Source: Deltaproteobacteria bacterium (GTDB lineage Bacteria > UBA10199 > GCA-002796325 > JACPFF01). From it: a stretch of DNA of 64,000 nt. The stretch covers positions 43,578 to 107,577 of the forward strand of contig JACPFF010000006.1 of the NCBI GenBank assembly GCA_016183065.1, given 5' to 3'. The first letter of the stretch is position 1; the number at the start of each line of letters is the position of its first letter. The notes below the pieces were generated by a model. The model did not search any database and was not told where the DNA came from. It was given only the letters and a program-made list of their open reading frames with translations. The translations under genes were made by a program, and so were the position numbers. This document shows, piece by piece, positions 17,722 through 27,039 of this stretch.

Positions 17722-18486
17722 GTGGCACTGTACGGGATGATGGCCGTGCTCGTGGCCTGTGCCACGACGGGCCAGCCCGTCTCCACCGGACGACGAGGCG
17801 ATGTGTATGGGGCGGCGCCGGGAGCGATGGAGGCCGGTCTTGCGCTCTTGGAGGATCGCGCCCAAAACACGAATACCTTGCGTGGCCGGGGGACCTTGAC
17901 GGGGACGTGGGCCGGACGGAGCGGACAGCACCCCTTTGCGTTTGCCTTGCGGCATCCGGACCGGTTGCGCGTCGACATTCTTGATCCCGCCATGGGGACG
18001 GTGGGAATCCTGTTGATGCACGATACCACGCTCTATTGGTATCTGCCGGGCGAGCGCCGACTCTATGCCTCGGTGGCCGATATGCGGAGTCTGCAGAAAA
18101 TTGCGCATATCGATCTCGATCCGGAACAATTGCTCCAGATGCTCTCGGGATTGCCGCCGGCACGGACATCGGCCTGGCTGGCGCGCGAAGGGCGGCTTGT
18201 CGCCCCGGACGGACGATCCGAAATTCTCATGGATGCGGAGGGTCGCCAGGTCTCCGCCTATCGCCATTTTCGTGGTGCCGATGGGAAAAAAGTCGACACC
18301 GAGGTGACCTTCGCGGATTATCGCCCACTCCGTAATGTCCGCTTCCCCTATCGCATCGCGGTGAATACCGGGCGCGGCGGGGGGGAAATCCGGGTCGAAT
18401 ATCACGATCTCGAAATGAATCCGCGGCTGGAAGGTGAGCTCTTTACGATTGAAGTGCCGGCAACCACCGATATTGTACAGTGGTGA
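17722..18486 (+). CDS. LolB-like / DUF4292-type outer-membrane lipoprotein
   Basis: Track ORF 17593..18486. MMAVLVAC is a lipobox. ...FAFALRHPDRLRVDILDPAMGTVGILLMHDTTLYWYLPGERRLY resembles DUF4292. The start codon (GTG 17722) is uncertain. Confidence 0.6.
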   Translation: MALYGMMAVLVACATTGQPVSTGRRGDVYGAAPGAMEAGLALLEDRAQNTNTLRGRGTLTGTWAGRSGQHPFAFALRHPDRLRVDILDPAMGTVGILLMHDTTLYWYLPGERRLYASVADMRSLQKIAHIDLDPEQLLQMLSGLPPARTSAWLAREGRLVAPDGRSEILMDAEGRQVSAYRHFRGADGKKVDTEVTFADYRPLRNVRFPYRIAVNTGRGGGEIRVEYHDLEMNPRLEGELFTIEVPATTDIVQW

Positions 18487-18500
18487 GGGACAACGGACGT

Positions 18501-20102
18501 ATGCGAATCGGACGTGTCACGATGATGCTCACGCTCTGTGCCGTCGGGAGCGCCTGTCAATACCGCGTGGAGCGCGATCCACAGGTCATGGTGCGCTATT
18601 TTGGGAGCGATCCCTCGTCGCTCAATCCGATTATTGCCACCGATGCCTATGAAAATGTCGCCAACCAATTCGTCATGGAGACCCTGCTCGAGCGCGACAA
18701 TGCGACCATGGCGCTCCGTCCGAAATTGGCGCAGGCGTGGGAGAGTGCTCCCGATCATCTCGAATACCGCTTTCACCTCCGTCCCGACGTGCACTGGCAT
18801 GACGGGGTCCCGCTGACGGCCGCCGATGTTGTCTATTCCTTTGACCGGATCAACGATCCGGAGGTGGGGGCCGGCCACCTCCGCTCCTATTTCTTGAAGG
18901 CCGGCATTATTGCCGCCGACGCGATCAATGCGCAGACGGTCCGCTTTCGTCTCGAGCGGCCCTATTTTTTGGCGCTGGAGACCATCGGCTGGATGCCGAT
19001 CGTGGCCCGGCACGTCTTCGACGACGGGACGCCGTTCCGGACGCATCCTGCCGGCCGCGTGCCGATCGGGACCGGGCCGATGCGCTTTCGTGAATGGAAG
19101 GCGGGGCGCTATCTCGCCCTGGAGCGGAATCCGCACTATTGGGGCCGGCCCATGGCCTTGCGCGGGATGACGTTCAAGGTTATCCCCGATCAGGGTGTGG
19201 CGTTTCAGGCCATGAAAAAGGGGGAAATTGATTACACCGGCATTCGCCCCATTCAGTGGGCGCGCCAGACCGCATCGCCGGGATTTTTGGCCCGGTTTGT
19301 CAAAATGAAATATCTGCCGGACTCGGCCGGATATTTTTATATCGGCTGGAATCTGACCCATCCCATTTTGGGGGACCAACAGGTCCGACAGGCCCTGACC
19401 ATGCTCCTGCCGCGGCAATCCATTCTCGCCGCGCTCCTCTTTGACCGCGGCGCGATGACGACCGGGCCCTTTTATCCGCGCGGTCCGCAATACGATCCGG
19501 CCATTCCGCCATGGCCCTATGATCCTGCCGCCGCGGGCGAGCGCCTTGCCGCGGCCGGATGGAGCGATCACGACGGCGACGGCATTCGCGACAAAGGGGG
19601 GCGTCCCTTTGCCATCACGATCGTCTATCCCGGGCCCTCGCGGTTCTACGATGCGCTGGCCAATATTGTCCGCGAGGATTTTCGGCAGGCCGGCATTGCG
19701 GTCACGGCGCAGCTGATGGAATGGACGGTCTTTTTGAAAACCGTGAACGACAAAAAATACGACGCCTATTTCGGGGGTTGGGCCGGCGGCGGATATGAAA
19801 TGGATCCGCACCAGATCTGGCATTCCTCGCAGATCGAGCAGGGATCGAATTATGTCGGCTTTGTCAATGCCGAGGCCGATGCCCTGATCGACCGCGCCCG
19901 TCAGGAGTTTGATCCCGGGCGGCGCAATGCCATGTATCATCGCCTGCACCAGATCATTCACGAGGTCCAACCATACACCTTTCTCTATGTGTTGGAGGCC
20001 CTGGCCGTGCGTCATCACCGTTTTACCAATGTCATGCTCTACCCGAATGGTCCGGATCTGGCCGAGTGGGGTGTCGGCTCGAGCGGGCCATTGTTGCAGT
20101 AA
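18501..20102 (+). CDS. ABC transporter substrate-binding protein, family 5 (peptide/nickel, OppA/DppA-like)
   Basis: Track ORF 18480..20102. ATG 18501 gives a signal peptide, MRIGRVTMMLTLCAVGSAC. Family-5 SBP features run throughout. Confidence 0.9.
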   Translation: MRIGRVTMMLTLCAVGSACQYRVERDPQVMVRYFGSDPSSLNPIIATDAYENVANQFVMETLLERDNATMALRPKLAQAWESAPDHLEYRFHLRPDVHWHDGVPLTAADVVYSFDRINDPEVGAGHLRSYFLKAGIIAADAINAQTVRFRLERPYFLALETIGWMPIVARHVFDDGTPFRTHPAGRVPIGTGPMRFREWKAGRYLALERNPHYWGRPMALRGMTFKVIPDQGVAFQAMKKGEIDYTGIRPIQWARQTASPGFLARFVKMKYLPDSAGYFYIGWNLTHPILGDQQVRQALTMLLPRQSILAALLFDRGAMTTGPFYPRGPQYDPAIPPWPYDPAAAGERLAAAGWSDHDGDGIRDKGGRPFAITIVYPGPSRFYDALANIVREDFRQAGIAVTAQLMEWTVFLKTVNDKKYDAYFGGWAGGGYEMDPHQIWHSSQIEQGSNYVGFVNAEADALIDRARQEFDPGRRNAMYHRLHQIIHEVQPYTFLYVLEALAVRHHRFTNVMLYPNGPDLAEWGVGSSGPLLQ

Positions 20103-20121
20103 GGAGCGAGTGGACACCCGT

Positions 20122-21120
20122 ATGATGACCTATCTCATTCGTCGACTCCTCCTCATGGTTCCGACCTTGTTCGGCATCACCGTCATGACGTTTCTTATCG
20201 TCCATCTGACCCCGGGAGATCCCGCTGCTCTGCAGTCCGGGGAAGAAGGGATGAACGCCAATGTCGTGGCCAGCGAGGTGATCGAGCAGACGCGCAAACT
20301 GTACGGTCTCGATCAACCGATCCCGGTCCAATACGCCAAATGGGTGGGGCGACTCGTCCGCCTCGATTTTGGGACGTCGTTTGCCGACGACCGGCCGGTG
20401 TTGGACAAGATCTGGGAGGCGATTCCGATCACGTTATTGCTGAATGTCCTCTCGATTCTCCTGATCTATCTCGTGGCGCTCCCGACGGGGGTCTTGAGTG
20501 CCTTGCGCTCCGGTCGGTGGCAGGACCAGGCGATTGCGCTCTTCTTGTATCTCCTCTATTCGCTGCCGACCTTTTGGGTCGCGAGCCTCCTCCTCACCTT
20601 TTTTTCCGTCGGCGATTATCTCGACTGGTTTCCGCTCTTCGGGTATCTCTCCGACGGGGCCGGGCTGTTGCCTTGGTATCGCCGTGTGGCGAATGTCGCC
20701 TGGCACCTGGTCCTCCCCGTGATCTGTCTGACGTACGGCGGGTTTGCCTTTCTCTCCCGGTTCGGACGGACGGTGATGCTCGAGGTCATTCGCCAGGATT
20801 ACATCCGGACGGCCCGCGCCAAGGGGCTGCGGGAATGGGATGTCATTGTCCGCCACGGATTGCGCAATGCCCTCATCCCCTTTGTCACCCTGATGGGGAC
20901 GATCCTCCCCGCGCTGCTGGGCGGCAGTATTATTATCGAACAGATCTTCGGCATCCCCGGCATGGGGAAGCTCAGTTTTGATGCCGTGATGGCGCGCGAC
21001 TATCCGCTCGTCATGGGGATTGCGACCATTGATGCGGCACTCACCCTCTTCAGTTTGCTGGTGAGTGACCTGTTGTATGTCATGATCGATCCGCGCGTCA
21101 GTTTTGGGCGGCGGCTGTAG
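20122..21120 (+). CDS. ABC transporter permease (OppB/DppB-like)
   Basis: Track ORF 19909..21120. ATG 20122 gives MMTYLIRRLLLMVPTLFGITVMTFLI, a canonical N-terminus. Confidence 0.9.
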   Translation: MMTYLIRRLLLMVPTLFGITVMTFLIVHLTPGDPAALQSGEEGMNANVVASEVIEQTRKLYGLDQPIPVQYAKWVGRLVRLDFGTSFADDRPVLDKIWEAIPITLLLNVLSILLIYLVALPTGVLSALRSGRWQDQAIALFLYLLYSLPTFWVASLLLTFFSVGDYLDWFPLFGYLSDGAGLLPWYRRVANVAWHLVLPVICLTYGGFAFLSRFGRTVMLEVIRQDYIRTARAKGLREWDVIVRHGLRNALIPFVTLMGTILPALLGGSIIIEQIFGIPGMGKLSFDAVMARDYPLVMGIATIDAALTLFSLLVSDLLYVMIDPRVSFGRRL

Positions 21121-21123
21121 GCG

Positions 21124-22110
21124 ATGAGGGTCATCATGAAGCGAAAGCGATCTCGCGAGAGTTACTGGCGACTCGTGTGGCGGCAATTCCGGAAAAACCG
21201 GTTTGCCATGGCGGGATTCGTGCTGGTGCTTGCGCTCTGCGCCCTGGCGGTGCTGGCCCCGTGTATTGCCGGCTCGGTGCCACTCGTGGCGCAGTGGAAA
21301 GGCCGGTGGATTGTCCCAGTGTGGCGTGGGCTTCCCGAGGGCTGGAATGTGGCAGAGGCCACGCACGTGGTGATGCCGCCCATTCCCTATTCGCCCACCG
21401 AATATGATCTGCAGGCCACCCTGATCCCCCCGAGTGCCGCACACTGGTTCGGGACCGACGATCAGGGACGCGATGTGGCCGCCCGACTCGTGCATGGGAC
21501 CAAAATCTCGCTCACCATCGGCTTTGTGGCGGTCGGACTGGCGGCCGCGATCGGTATTGTGATCGGGGCCCTGGCCGGCTATTATGGCGGCTGGGTCGAC
21601 ATCATTGTCTCGCGGGCCATTGAGGTGATGTACTGTTTCCCGACTTTTTTTCTGATCCTCGCCGTGCTCGCCTTCATCCAACCGAGTATCTATAACATCA
21701 TGATCGTCATTGGCGTGACGGGCTGGCCCGGCATTGCCCGCCTGATCCGCGGTGAATTTTTCAAGCTGCGCGACCAGGAATTCGTGGCGGCAAGCCGCGT
21801 CACCGGTGCCGGCGATCTGCGGGTCATGTTTCGGCACATGCTCCCCAATGCCATTGCGCCGGTATTGGTGAGCATTACGTTCGGGATCGCGTCGGCCATT
21901 CTGGTGGAATCGGGCCTGAGTTTTCTCGGGTTTGGCGTACCGCCCTATGAACCGAGTTGGGGAGGGATCCTGTCGCAATCGCGCGATTTTATCGACATCG
22001 CGTGGTGGCTCACGGTGGTCCCGGGATGCGCCATTTTTGTGACCATCACCGCGTACAATCTGGTGGGCGAGGGATTGCGCGATGCCATCGATCCACGGAT
22101 GCGGGAGTGA
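21124..22110 (+). CDS. ABC transporter permease (OppC/DppC-like)
   Basis: HWFGTDDQGRDV motif and BPD-type TM domain. Confidence 0.9.
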   Translation: MRVIMKRKRSRESYWRLVWRQFRKNRFAMAGFVLVLALCALAVLAPCIAGSVPLVAQWKGRWIVPVWRGLPEGWNVAEATHVVMPPIPYSPTEYDLQATLIPPSAAHWFGTDDQGRDVAARLVHGTKISLTIGFVAVGLAAAIGIVIGALAGYYGGWVDIIVSRAIEVMYCFPTFFLILAVLAFIQPSIYNIMIVIGVTGWPGIARLIRGEFFKLRDQEFVAASRVTGAGDLRVMFRHMLPNAIAPVLVSITFGIASAILVESGLSFLGFGVPPYEPSWGGILSQSRDFIDIAWWLTVVPGCAIFVTITAYNLVGEGLRDAIDPRMRE

Positions 22111-22114
22111 CCGG

Positions 22115-23101
22115 ATGACATTGCTCGATGTGCGCGGATTGCGGACCCATTTTTTCACCGACGATGGCATCGTGAAGGCGGTCGATGATCTCTCGTTTTC
22201 GATCGCCGCGGGCGAGACTCTGGCCCTCGTCGGCGAAAGCGGATGCGGCAAGAGCATGACCGCACTGTCGCTCCTCCGGTTGGTTCCCGAACCGCCGGGT
22301 CGTATCGTTGATGGCGAGATCTGGTTCGAGGGACGCACGGGTCGTCACGACCTCTGTCGCCTGGCCCCGCCGGCACTGCGTGCCATCCGTGGGCGGGAGA
22401 TCGCGATGATCTTTCAGGAGCCGATGACGGCGCTCAATCCGGTCATGCGGATCGGGGAGCAGATTGCGGAGGCATTGACCATCCATCTGCCATTGGCACG
22501 CGAGGTGGTGCAGGCGCAAGTGGTTGAGGGATTGGCGCGCGTGGGGATTCCGGAACCCGCCCGACGGATGGCCGATTATCCGCATCAATTAAGTGGAGGG
22601 ATGCGCCAGCGCGCCATGATTGCCATGGCCCTGGCCTGTCGTCCGCGCCTCCTGATTGCCGATGAGCCGACGACCGCCCTCGATGTCACCATTCAGGCGC
22701 AGATCCTCCATCTCCTGCGCCAGCTCCAGCGCGAGCTGCAGATGGCCATGCTCCTGATCACGCACGATCTCGGCGTGGTGGCAGCCGTCGCCGATCGCGT
22801 CGCCGTGATGTATGCCGGGATGATTGTCGAAGTGGCGCCCGTGGAGACTCTCTTCTCCCGGCCGCGCCATCCCTATACCGTCGGGCTGTTACAAGCCATT
22901 CCTACCCTGCAACGCGGTCATGCGCGTGCTCGACTGGCGACGATTCCGGGCCGCGTCCCCCATCTCGCCCGGCTCCCGGTGGGGTGCCCCTTTCAGGAGC
23001 GGTGCCCGCGGGTGACCGCGGCCTGTCGTGAAGCGCTGCCGGAGCTGGCGTCGTGTGGTTCCGCCACCGCCGTCCGCTGCATCCACCCGCATGGGGAATG
23101 A
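22115..23101 (+). CDS. ABC transporter ATP-binding protein (OppD/DppD-like)
   Basis: Track ORF 22082..23101. ATG 22115. Walker A GESGCGKS, signature LSGGMRQR, Walker B LLIADEPT. Confidence 0.9.
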   Translation: MTLLDVRGLRTHFFTDDGIVKAVDDLSFSIAAGETLALVGESGCGKSMTALSLLRLVPEPPGRIVDGEIWFEGRTGRHDLCRLAPPALRAIRGREIAMIFQEPMTALNPVMRIGEQIAEALTIHLPLAREVVQAQVVEGLARVGIPEPARRMADYPHQLSGGMRQRAMIAMALACRPRLLIADEPTTALDVTIQAQILHLLRQLQRELQMAMLLITHDLGVVAAVADRVAVMYAGMIVEVAPVETLFSRPRHPYTVGLLQAIPTLQRGHARARLATIPGRVPHLARLPVGCPFQERCPRVTAACREALPELASCGSATAVRCIHPHGE

Positions 23102-23117
23102 CAGACCCTCACAATGA

Positions 23118-23648
23118 TTATTCAGTCGATTCGCGGGCGTAGATGCGAATGATGGCGTTTAGGTTCGCACTGAAAAAATGGACCTCACGGAAATCGTCCA
23201 GCACGATATTGTTGGGAAAGAGGAGGTCGATGGCGTGCGTCTCTCCGAGTCCGATGTAGAGCGGATATTCGATCAATTGTTTGAGACGGGGGGGCAATGT
23301 GGTCCAGACATCCGGATCTTTATGTCGCAGATTCAAGAGGGCACTCCGTTTGCTACCACGCCGATCGACAAGTCCCCAGCGATCTTCCAGGGGATTCAGC
23401 TGCACGACACGAATGGAACTGTTCGTGATCCCCACGGTCAGAATGTGGTAGCCGGGAATGATATGGTTTGTGGCGGGATCATAACTGACGTCAAAGGCCA
23501 ATCCGAGTGCCGGGGACTGTGTCCCTGCCGGGACGACGATTTCCTGCGGTTTTTTCGCGGCGCTCTTGCTTCGCTCACCCGTCGTCGCACACCCGGCGAG
23601 GCTGACGATGGAGAGGAAGAGGATGCCATGGAGCCGGGTCCGTTTCAT
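23118..23648 (-). CDS. lipoprotein of unknown function
   Basis: Track ORF 23118..23687. ATG 23646-23648 gives MKRTRLHGILFLSIVSLAGC (lipobox). No family recognised. Confidence 0.6.
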   Translation of the reverse strand: MKRTRLHGILFLSIVSLAGCATTGERSKSAAKKPQEIVVPAGTQSPALGLAFDVSYDPATNHIIPGYHILTVGITNSSIRVVQLNPLEDRWGLVDRRGSKRSALLNLRHKDPDVWTTLPPRLKQLIEYPLYIGLGETHAIDLLFPNNIVLDDFREVHFFSANLNAIIRIYARESTE

Positions 23649-23683
23649 CGGTGGCATGCTTCTCGTCGCTTGTCTCCCTCTTG

Positions 23684-24700
23684 TCAAGACCGAGCATGGG
23701 GCAAGGAAGGAGAGCGTTCATCGTGAGCTGTGTGCGAATCGACGGGAAAGTGGCAGGCGGCATGCCGGTCACCCGCATGCGCCGTCATCGCCGGCATGGT
23801 CTCTGCACAGAGCGGGAGTTGGCGCCGCGGGCACCGCGGGTGAAAGGGGCATCCCCGCGGCGGAGCAATGGGGGAAGGGACATCACCCCCAATGGGGGAA
23901 ATGGCGCGGGCCTGTGCCGGATTCGGCTCCGGGACCGAGGCCAGGAGCGCATGCGTATAGGGATGGCAGGCCCGCAATAGTTCCGCGGCCGGAAGCGTCT
24001 CGACAATGCGCCCCAAATACATCACCGCAATGCGATGACTGATCTGCGCCACCACTTTGATGTCGTGGGCAATCAACAGATAGGCGAGCCCCAGCTGTTC
24101 CTGGAGATCGAGCAGCAGATTGAGGATTTCGCCCTGGACCGAGACGTCGAGCGCCGAGACCGGCTCGTCCGCAATCACCAGTTTTGGCCGCAACGCGATC
24201 GCACGGGCAATACCGATGCGTTGCCGCTCTCCACCGCTGAATTCATGCGGATACCGGTGCATGGCCTCTGCAGCGAGGCCGACGAGGTCCAGCAGTGCGG
24301 CCACGCGTCCAGGCCGATCCCGCCGTGTTCCCACCCGATGGATACGAAAGGGCTCCGCAAGGATCGCGCCGACGGTCATGCGCGGATTGAGACTGGCAAA
24401 GGGGTCCTGAAAGATCATCTGGAGGTCGCGACGGAGGGACTGCAAGGACCGCTGCGAGTCATGGGTGATGATCCGCCCGTCAAACATGATGGTGCCGGCA
24501 TCGGGGGTCAGGAGTCGCACGATGAGTCTGGCCAGTGTCGACTTCCCGCACCCGCTCTCCCCGACAAGGCCCAACGTCTCGCCCGGCGCAATGGTCAGAG
24601 AGACGCCACTGACCGCATGGACCTTCCCGGTCGTTTTCTGAAAAATCCCTGAATGGATGGGAAAATGTTTGACCAGATTGCGCACCACCAATTGGGACAT
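23684..24700 (-). CDS. ABC transporter ATP-binding protein (OppF/DppF-like), on the opposite strand to oppABCD
   Basis: Track ORF 23684..24853. The ATG at 24698-24700 gives MSQLVVRNLVKHF. Walker A GESGCGKS, signature FSGGERQR, Walker B LVIADEPV. Confidence 0.9.
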   Translation of the reverse strand: MSQLVVRNLVKHFPIHSGIFQKTTGKVHAVSGVSLTIAPGETLGLVGESGCGKSTLARLIVRLLTPDAGTIMFDGRIITHDSQRSLQSLRRDLQMIFQDPFASLNPRMTVGAILAEPFRIHRVGTRRDRPGRVAALLDLVGLAAEAMHRYPHEFSGGERQRIGIARAIALRPKLVIADEPVSALDVSVQGEILNLLLDLQEQLGLAYLLIAHDIKVVAQISHRIAVMYLGRIVETLPAAELLRACHPYTHALLASVPEPNPAQARAISPIGGDVPSPIAPPRGCPFHPRCPRRQLPLCAETMPAMTAHAGDRHAACHFPVDSHTAHDERSPSLPHARS

Positions 24701-24766
24701 GGAATCGCTATACACGAGCGAATGGTCAGGTGCAATCGGGATGGGGAACGTCTGCAGGGCATTCCC

Positions 24767-24795
24767 ATCATGAGATAGACTGCGCGGCATGTCAA
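24767..24795 (-). promoter_or_regulatory. candidate sigma70-type promoter for the oppF-like gene
   Basis: On the minus strand: TTGACA (24795-24790), 17-nt spacer, CATGAT (24772-24767), with a T-run just upstream. Pattern match only. Confidence 0.3.
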
Positions 24796-25007
24796 AAAAA
24801 ACAACGATATCTTTCAATTGGTTGCAATTCGTTCTCAATATGAGAGTCTCCATCTATTTTATTAGGTAAAAAAGTAGTTCAATATCTTTCAAAATAAATT
24901 GCCAACTATTTGTTATTACACATATTAATATTATTATATAAACAGGGTGTAATTAAACTCTCACTGGCATGCTCCTTGCTCTGCAGTCTGTTCATAAGGA
25001 GGATGCC

Positions 25008-26642
25008 ATGCAGAGAGTCGGAGAGTGGGGCATGATCGGCACGGCCGTGATACTGGTCGGTTGTGGGAGTGAAGGTGGGGGGATACCGTGGGAAGGCTTG
25101 AACGCTGGTGCAGGCCAGGCCGCGTCCGTGACGAATCAGGTCTCCAGTCCTGGGAAGATGGGAGTGGGGGATATCTATCAGCTCCTCGTGGAAAAGGACC
25201 ACCATGGCGTCATCGATTTTGGTGAGGTCGATCCGGATGCGGAATTTCTCCTCTCCGTGTTAAATCTGCATGCGACGGGGGCCAGCGGGACCGTACAGCT
25301 GGCGGGAAACTTGGCCGCGCCTTCGACCGGGAAGACGGTCACGCCCGTGTTGGAAGAGGGCGCGGTGTCCGATCCCGCCGACCTCTTTCACGGGGAGCTG
25401 CGCGAGATCGAGGCGCAGATGGCCGAACAACCGTTCGAGATGCTCCCCAACGTTGGGAAGGGGGCGAGCCAGGCCCCGGTACCGCAACACGGCGCGGTAG
25501 AGACCTTTCGGGTCATTGCCGGCCTCAGTGCGACCGGAGACTTTGTGGAGCGGGACGGCGTCCTCAGCTGCATCACAGATCGTCTCCTCTGGTATCGCGA
25601 TCAGGAGATCCTGACCACGTCACCGACGGCCATGTCGGAGGCGGAACTCGACCACCTCTGTCGCGGCTTTGACGCCTCGATCGCCGAGCTGGTCGATCTC
25701 GTCGGTGTATCGTCAGATGTCAATGGAGATGGACGGGTTACGGTCTTCGAGACCCCGCAGGTGAATCGGCTCGGTGCCACGGGGGGTGGCATGGTCACCG
25801 GTTTTTTTCTCGCGAGCGATCTCTATCCCCGCGGCCCGGGTAATCCCTCAAGCAATGCCCGGGAAATCATCTATACGCTGACGCCCGATCCGTCCGGCAT
25901 CTACGGGCTCCGGATCAGCCGGGAGTTGGCCCTCCACAATTTGCTCCCTGCCGTGCTCCCGCATGAATTGTTTCATGCCATTCTCTTTCATCAACATGTC
26001 TTGCTCCGTGGCGGGGCCTCGGAAGAAGACTGGCTCAATGAGGGACTGGCGCACTTGACGGAGGATCTGGTCCGTGTCGGGATCGAAAATCCGTCCCGCT
26101 ACGATCTCTATCTGCGGCGGACGTCGGTCCATCCCATTGTGACCTCGCATTCGCCGGGATTGGCCGAGCGTGGCGGTATTTTCCTCTTTCTCCGCTATCT
26201 CTTTGAACAACATCCCGAGCGCGCGGAATTTTTGCGGACATTGGTGCAGACCGATCTGACAGGGGTCGAGAATCTGGAACAAGCCTATGGGTCATTGGAC
26301 GAGGGTTTCGACCAGTTCGCGGAATTTTTTCTCCGATGGAGTGCCACGCTCGGCCTGAATGATCAGGGACTGACGCTCGATCCCTCGTTCCGGTATCAGG
26401 AGCGCGTGTGGGACCAGCTGGCGGGCGAATTCAGTGGCGTCTGCACGATCTGCAATGCCGCGGATGGACGGAATACGCTCTTGGGCGGCGTCGCACCGAT
26501 GCCGTTTGGTGCGGAGACGGCACTTTCATTGCGTCCGGCCACGCAGGCCTACTACCGGGTCTCTGCGGCACATCGGCAGATCACCCTCGCCACGAAAGAT
26601 CCCAGCGGACACTATGGGGCGGTGTTGATGCGGACCCGATGA
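25008..26642 (+). CDS. lipoprotein zinc metallopeptidase, MA-clan gluzincin (HELFH ... WLNEGLAH), paralog 1
   Basis: Track ORF 24969..26642. ATG 25008 is preceded by TAAGGAGG (24995-25002). MQRVGEWGMIGTAVILVGC is a lipobox. An HEXXH motif is followed by the M1-like WLNEG motif. Possibly M30-like (from memory). Confidence 0.75.
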   Translation: MQRVGEWGMIGTAVILVGCGSEGGGIPWEGLNAGAGQAASVTNQVSSPGKMGVGDIYQLLVEKDHHGVIDFGEVDPDAEFLLSVLNLHATGASGTVQLAGNLAAPSTGKTVTPVLEEGAVSDPADLFHGELREIEAQMAEQPFEMLPNVGKGASQAPVPQHGAVETFRVIAGLSATGDFVERDGVLSCITDRLLWYRDQEILTTSPTAMSEAELDHLCRGFDASIAELVDLVGVSSDVNGDGRVTVFETPQVNRLGATGGGMVTGFFLASDLYPRGPGNPSSNAREIIYTLTPDPSGIYGLRISRELALHNLLPAVLPHELFHAILFHQHVLLRGGASEEDWLNEGLAHLTEDLVRVGIENPSRYDLYLRRTSVHPIVTSHSPGLAERGGIFLFLRYLFEQHPERAEFLRTLVQTDLTGVENLEQAYGSLDEGFDQFAEFFLRWSATLGLNDQGLTLDPSFRYQERVWDQLAGEFSGVCTICNAADGRNTLLGGVAPMPFGAETALSLRPATQAYYRVSAAHRQITLATKDPSGHYGAVLMRTR

Positions 26643-26659
26643 AGGCGCATGTCCCGGTG

Positions 26660-26819
26660 CACTATTGGGGAGCTCGCGTTCCCCAGCGCGCCCCGCGCGC
26701 GAGAGGGGGGGCTCCATCACACTCCGCAAAGTCTTCGACTTTGCTTCGCGGCCCAGCACAGCTGGGCCTTGACCCGGCTTTGCCCGTTGGGGGGGCGACG
26801 TGAGCCCCTCCAATAGTAA
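26660..26819. repeat. MITE/REP-like structured element (copy A) with imperfect ~19-nt terminal inverted repeats
   Basis: Ends: CACTATTGGGGAGCTC (26660-) and GAGCCCCTCCAATAGTA (-26819). Internal perfect hairpins are GCAAAGTC-ttc-GACTTTGC and GGCCCAGC-aca-GCTGGGCC. It shares a 43-nt identical block (26776-26818) and a ~34-nt block (26678-26711) with 32893-32977, in inverse orientation. Confidence 0.6.
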
Positions 26820-26861
26820 CTATCCGGAACCGATGGGCTTCTCGCTCCGTAGTCCCATGCG

Positions 26862-26907
26862 TTCTCACCCATTTTCCCTAAATATAGGGTGAGAATAAAC
26901 CCTTTTT
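26862..26907 (+). terminator. possible intrinsic terminator after metallopeptidase 1
   Basis: TTCTCACCC (26862-70) pairs with GGGTGAGAA (26887-95). The loop is 16 nt and a T5 run lies at 26903-07. The large loop lowers confidence. Confidence 0.3.
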
Positions 26908-27039
26908 ATCCGACGAATTCATTATGATTATAAAATCAGAAACTCATAACAAATTGAAATGTATCACTTTTTTTGTCACAAATCGTTATCCGTCTAGTGG
27001 CATGAGCGTTGCAGTGTCCTTTATGCGACGAGGTGTCGC

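Noticed and set aside
19134-19144. CACTATTGGGG inside the OppA-like gene, identical to the left terminal repeat of the MITE-like element.
   Set aside because: Only an 11-nt match with no adjacent element sequence. It encodes the conserved NPHYWG of the SBP, so it is coincidental.
26408-26868. Track ORFs crossing the intergenic repeat (26408-26803 +, 26526-26813 -, 26662-26868 -).
   Set aside because: They span the stop codon of metallopeptidase 1 and the hairpin-rich repeat, have no RBS and no recognisable family. Explained by non-coding structured DNA.
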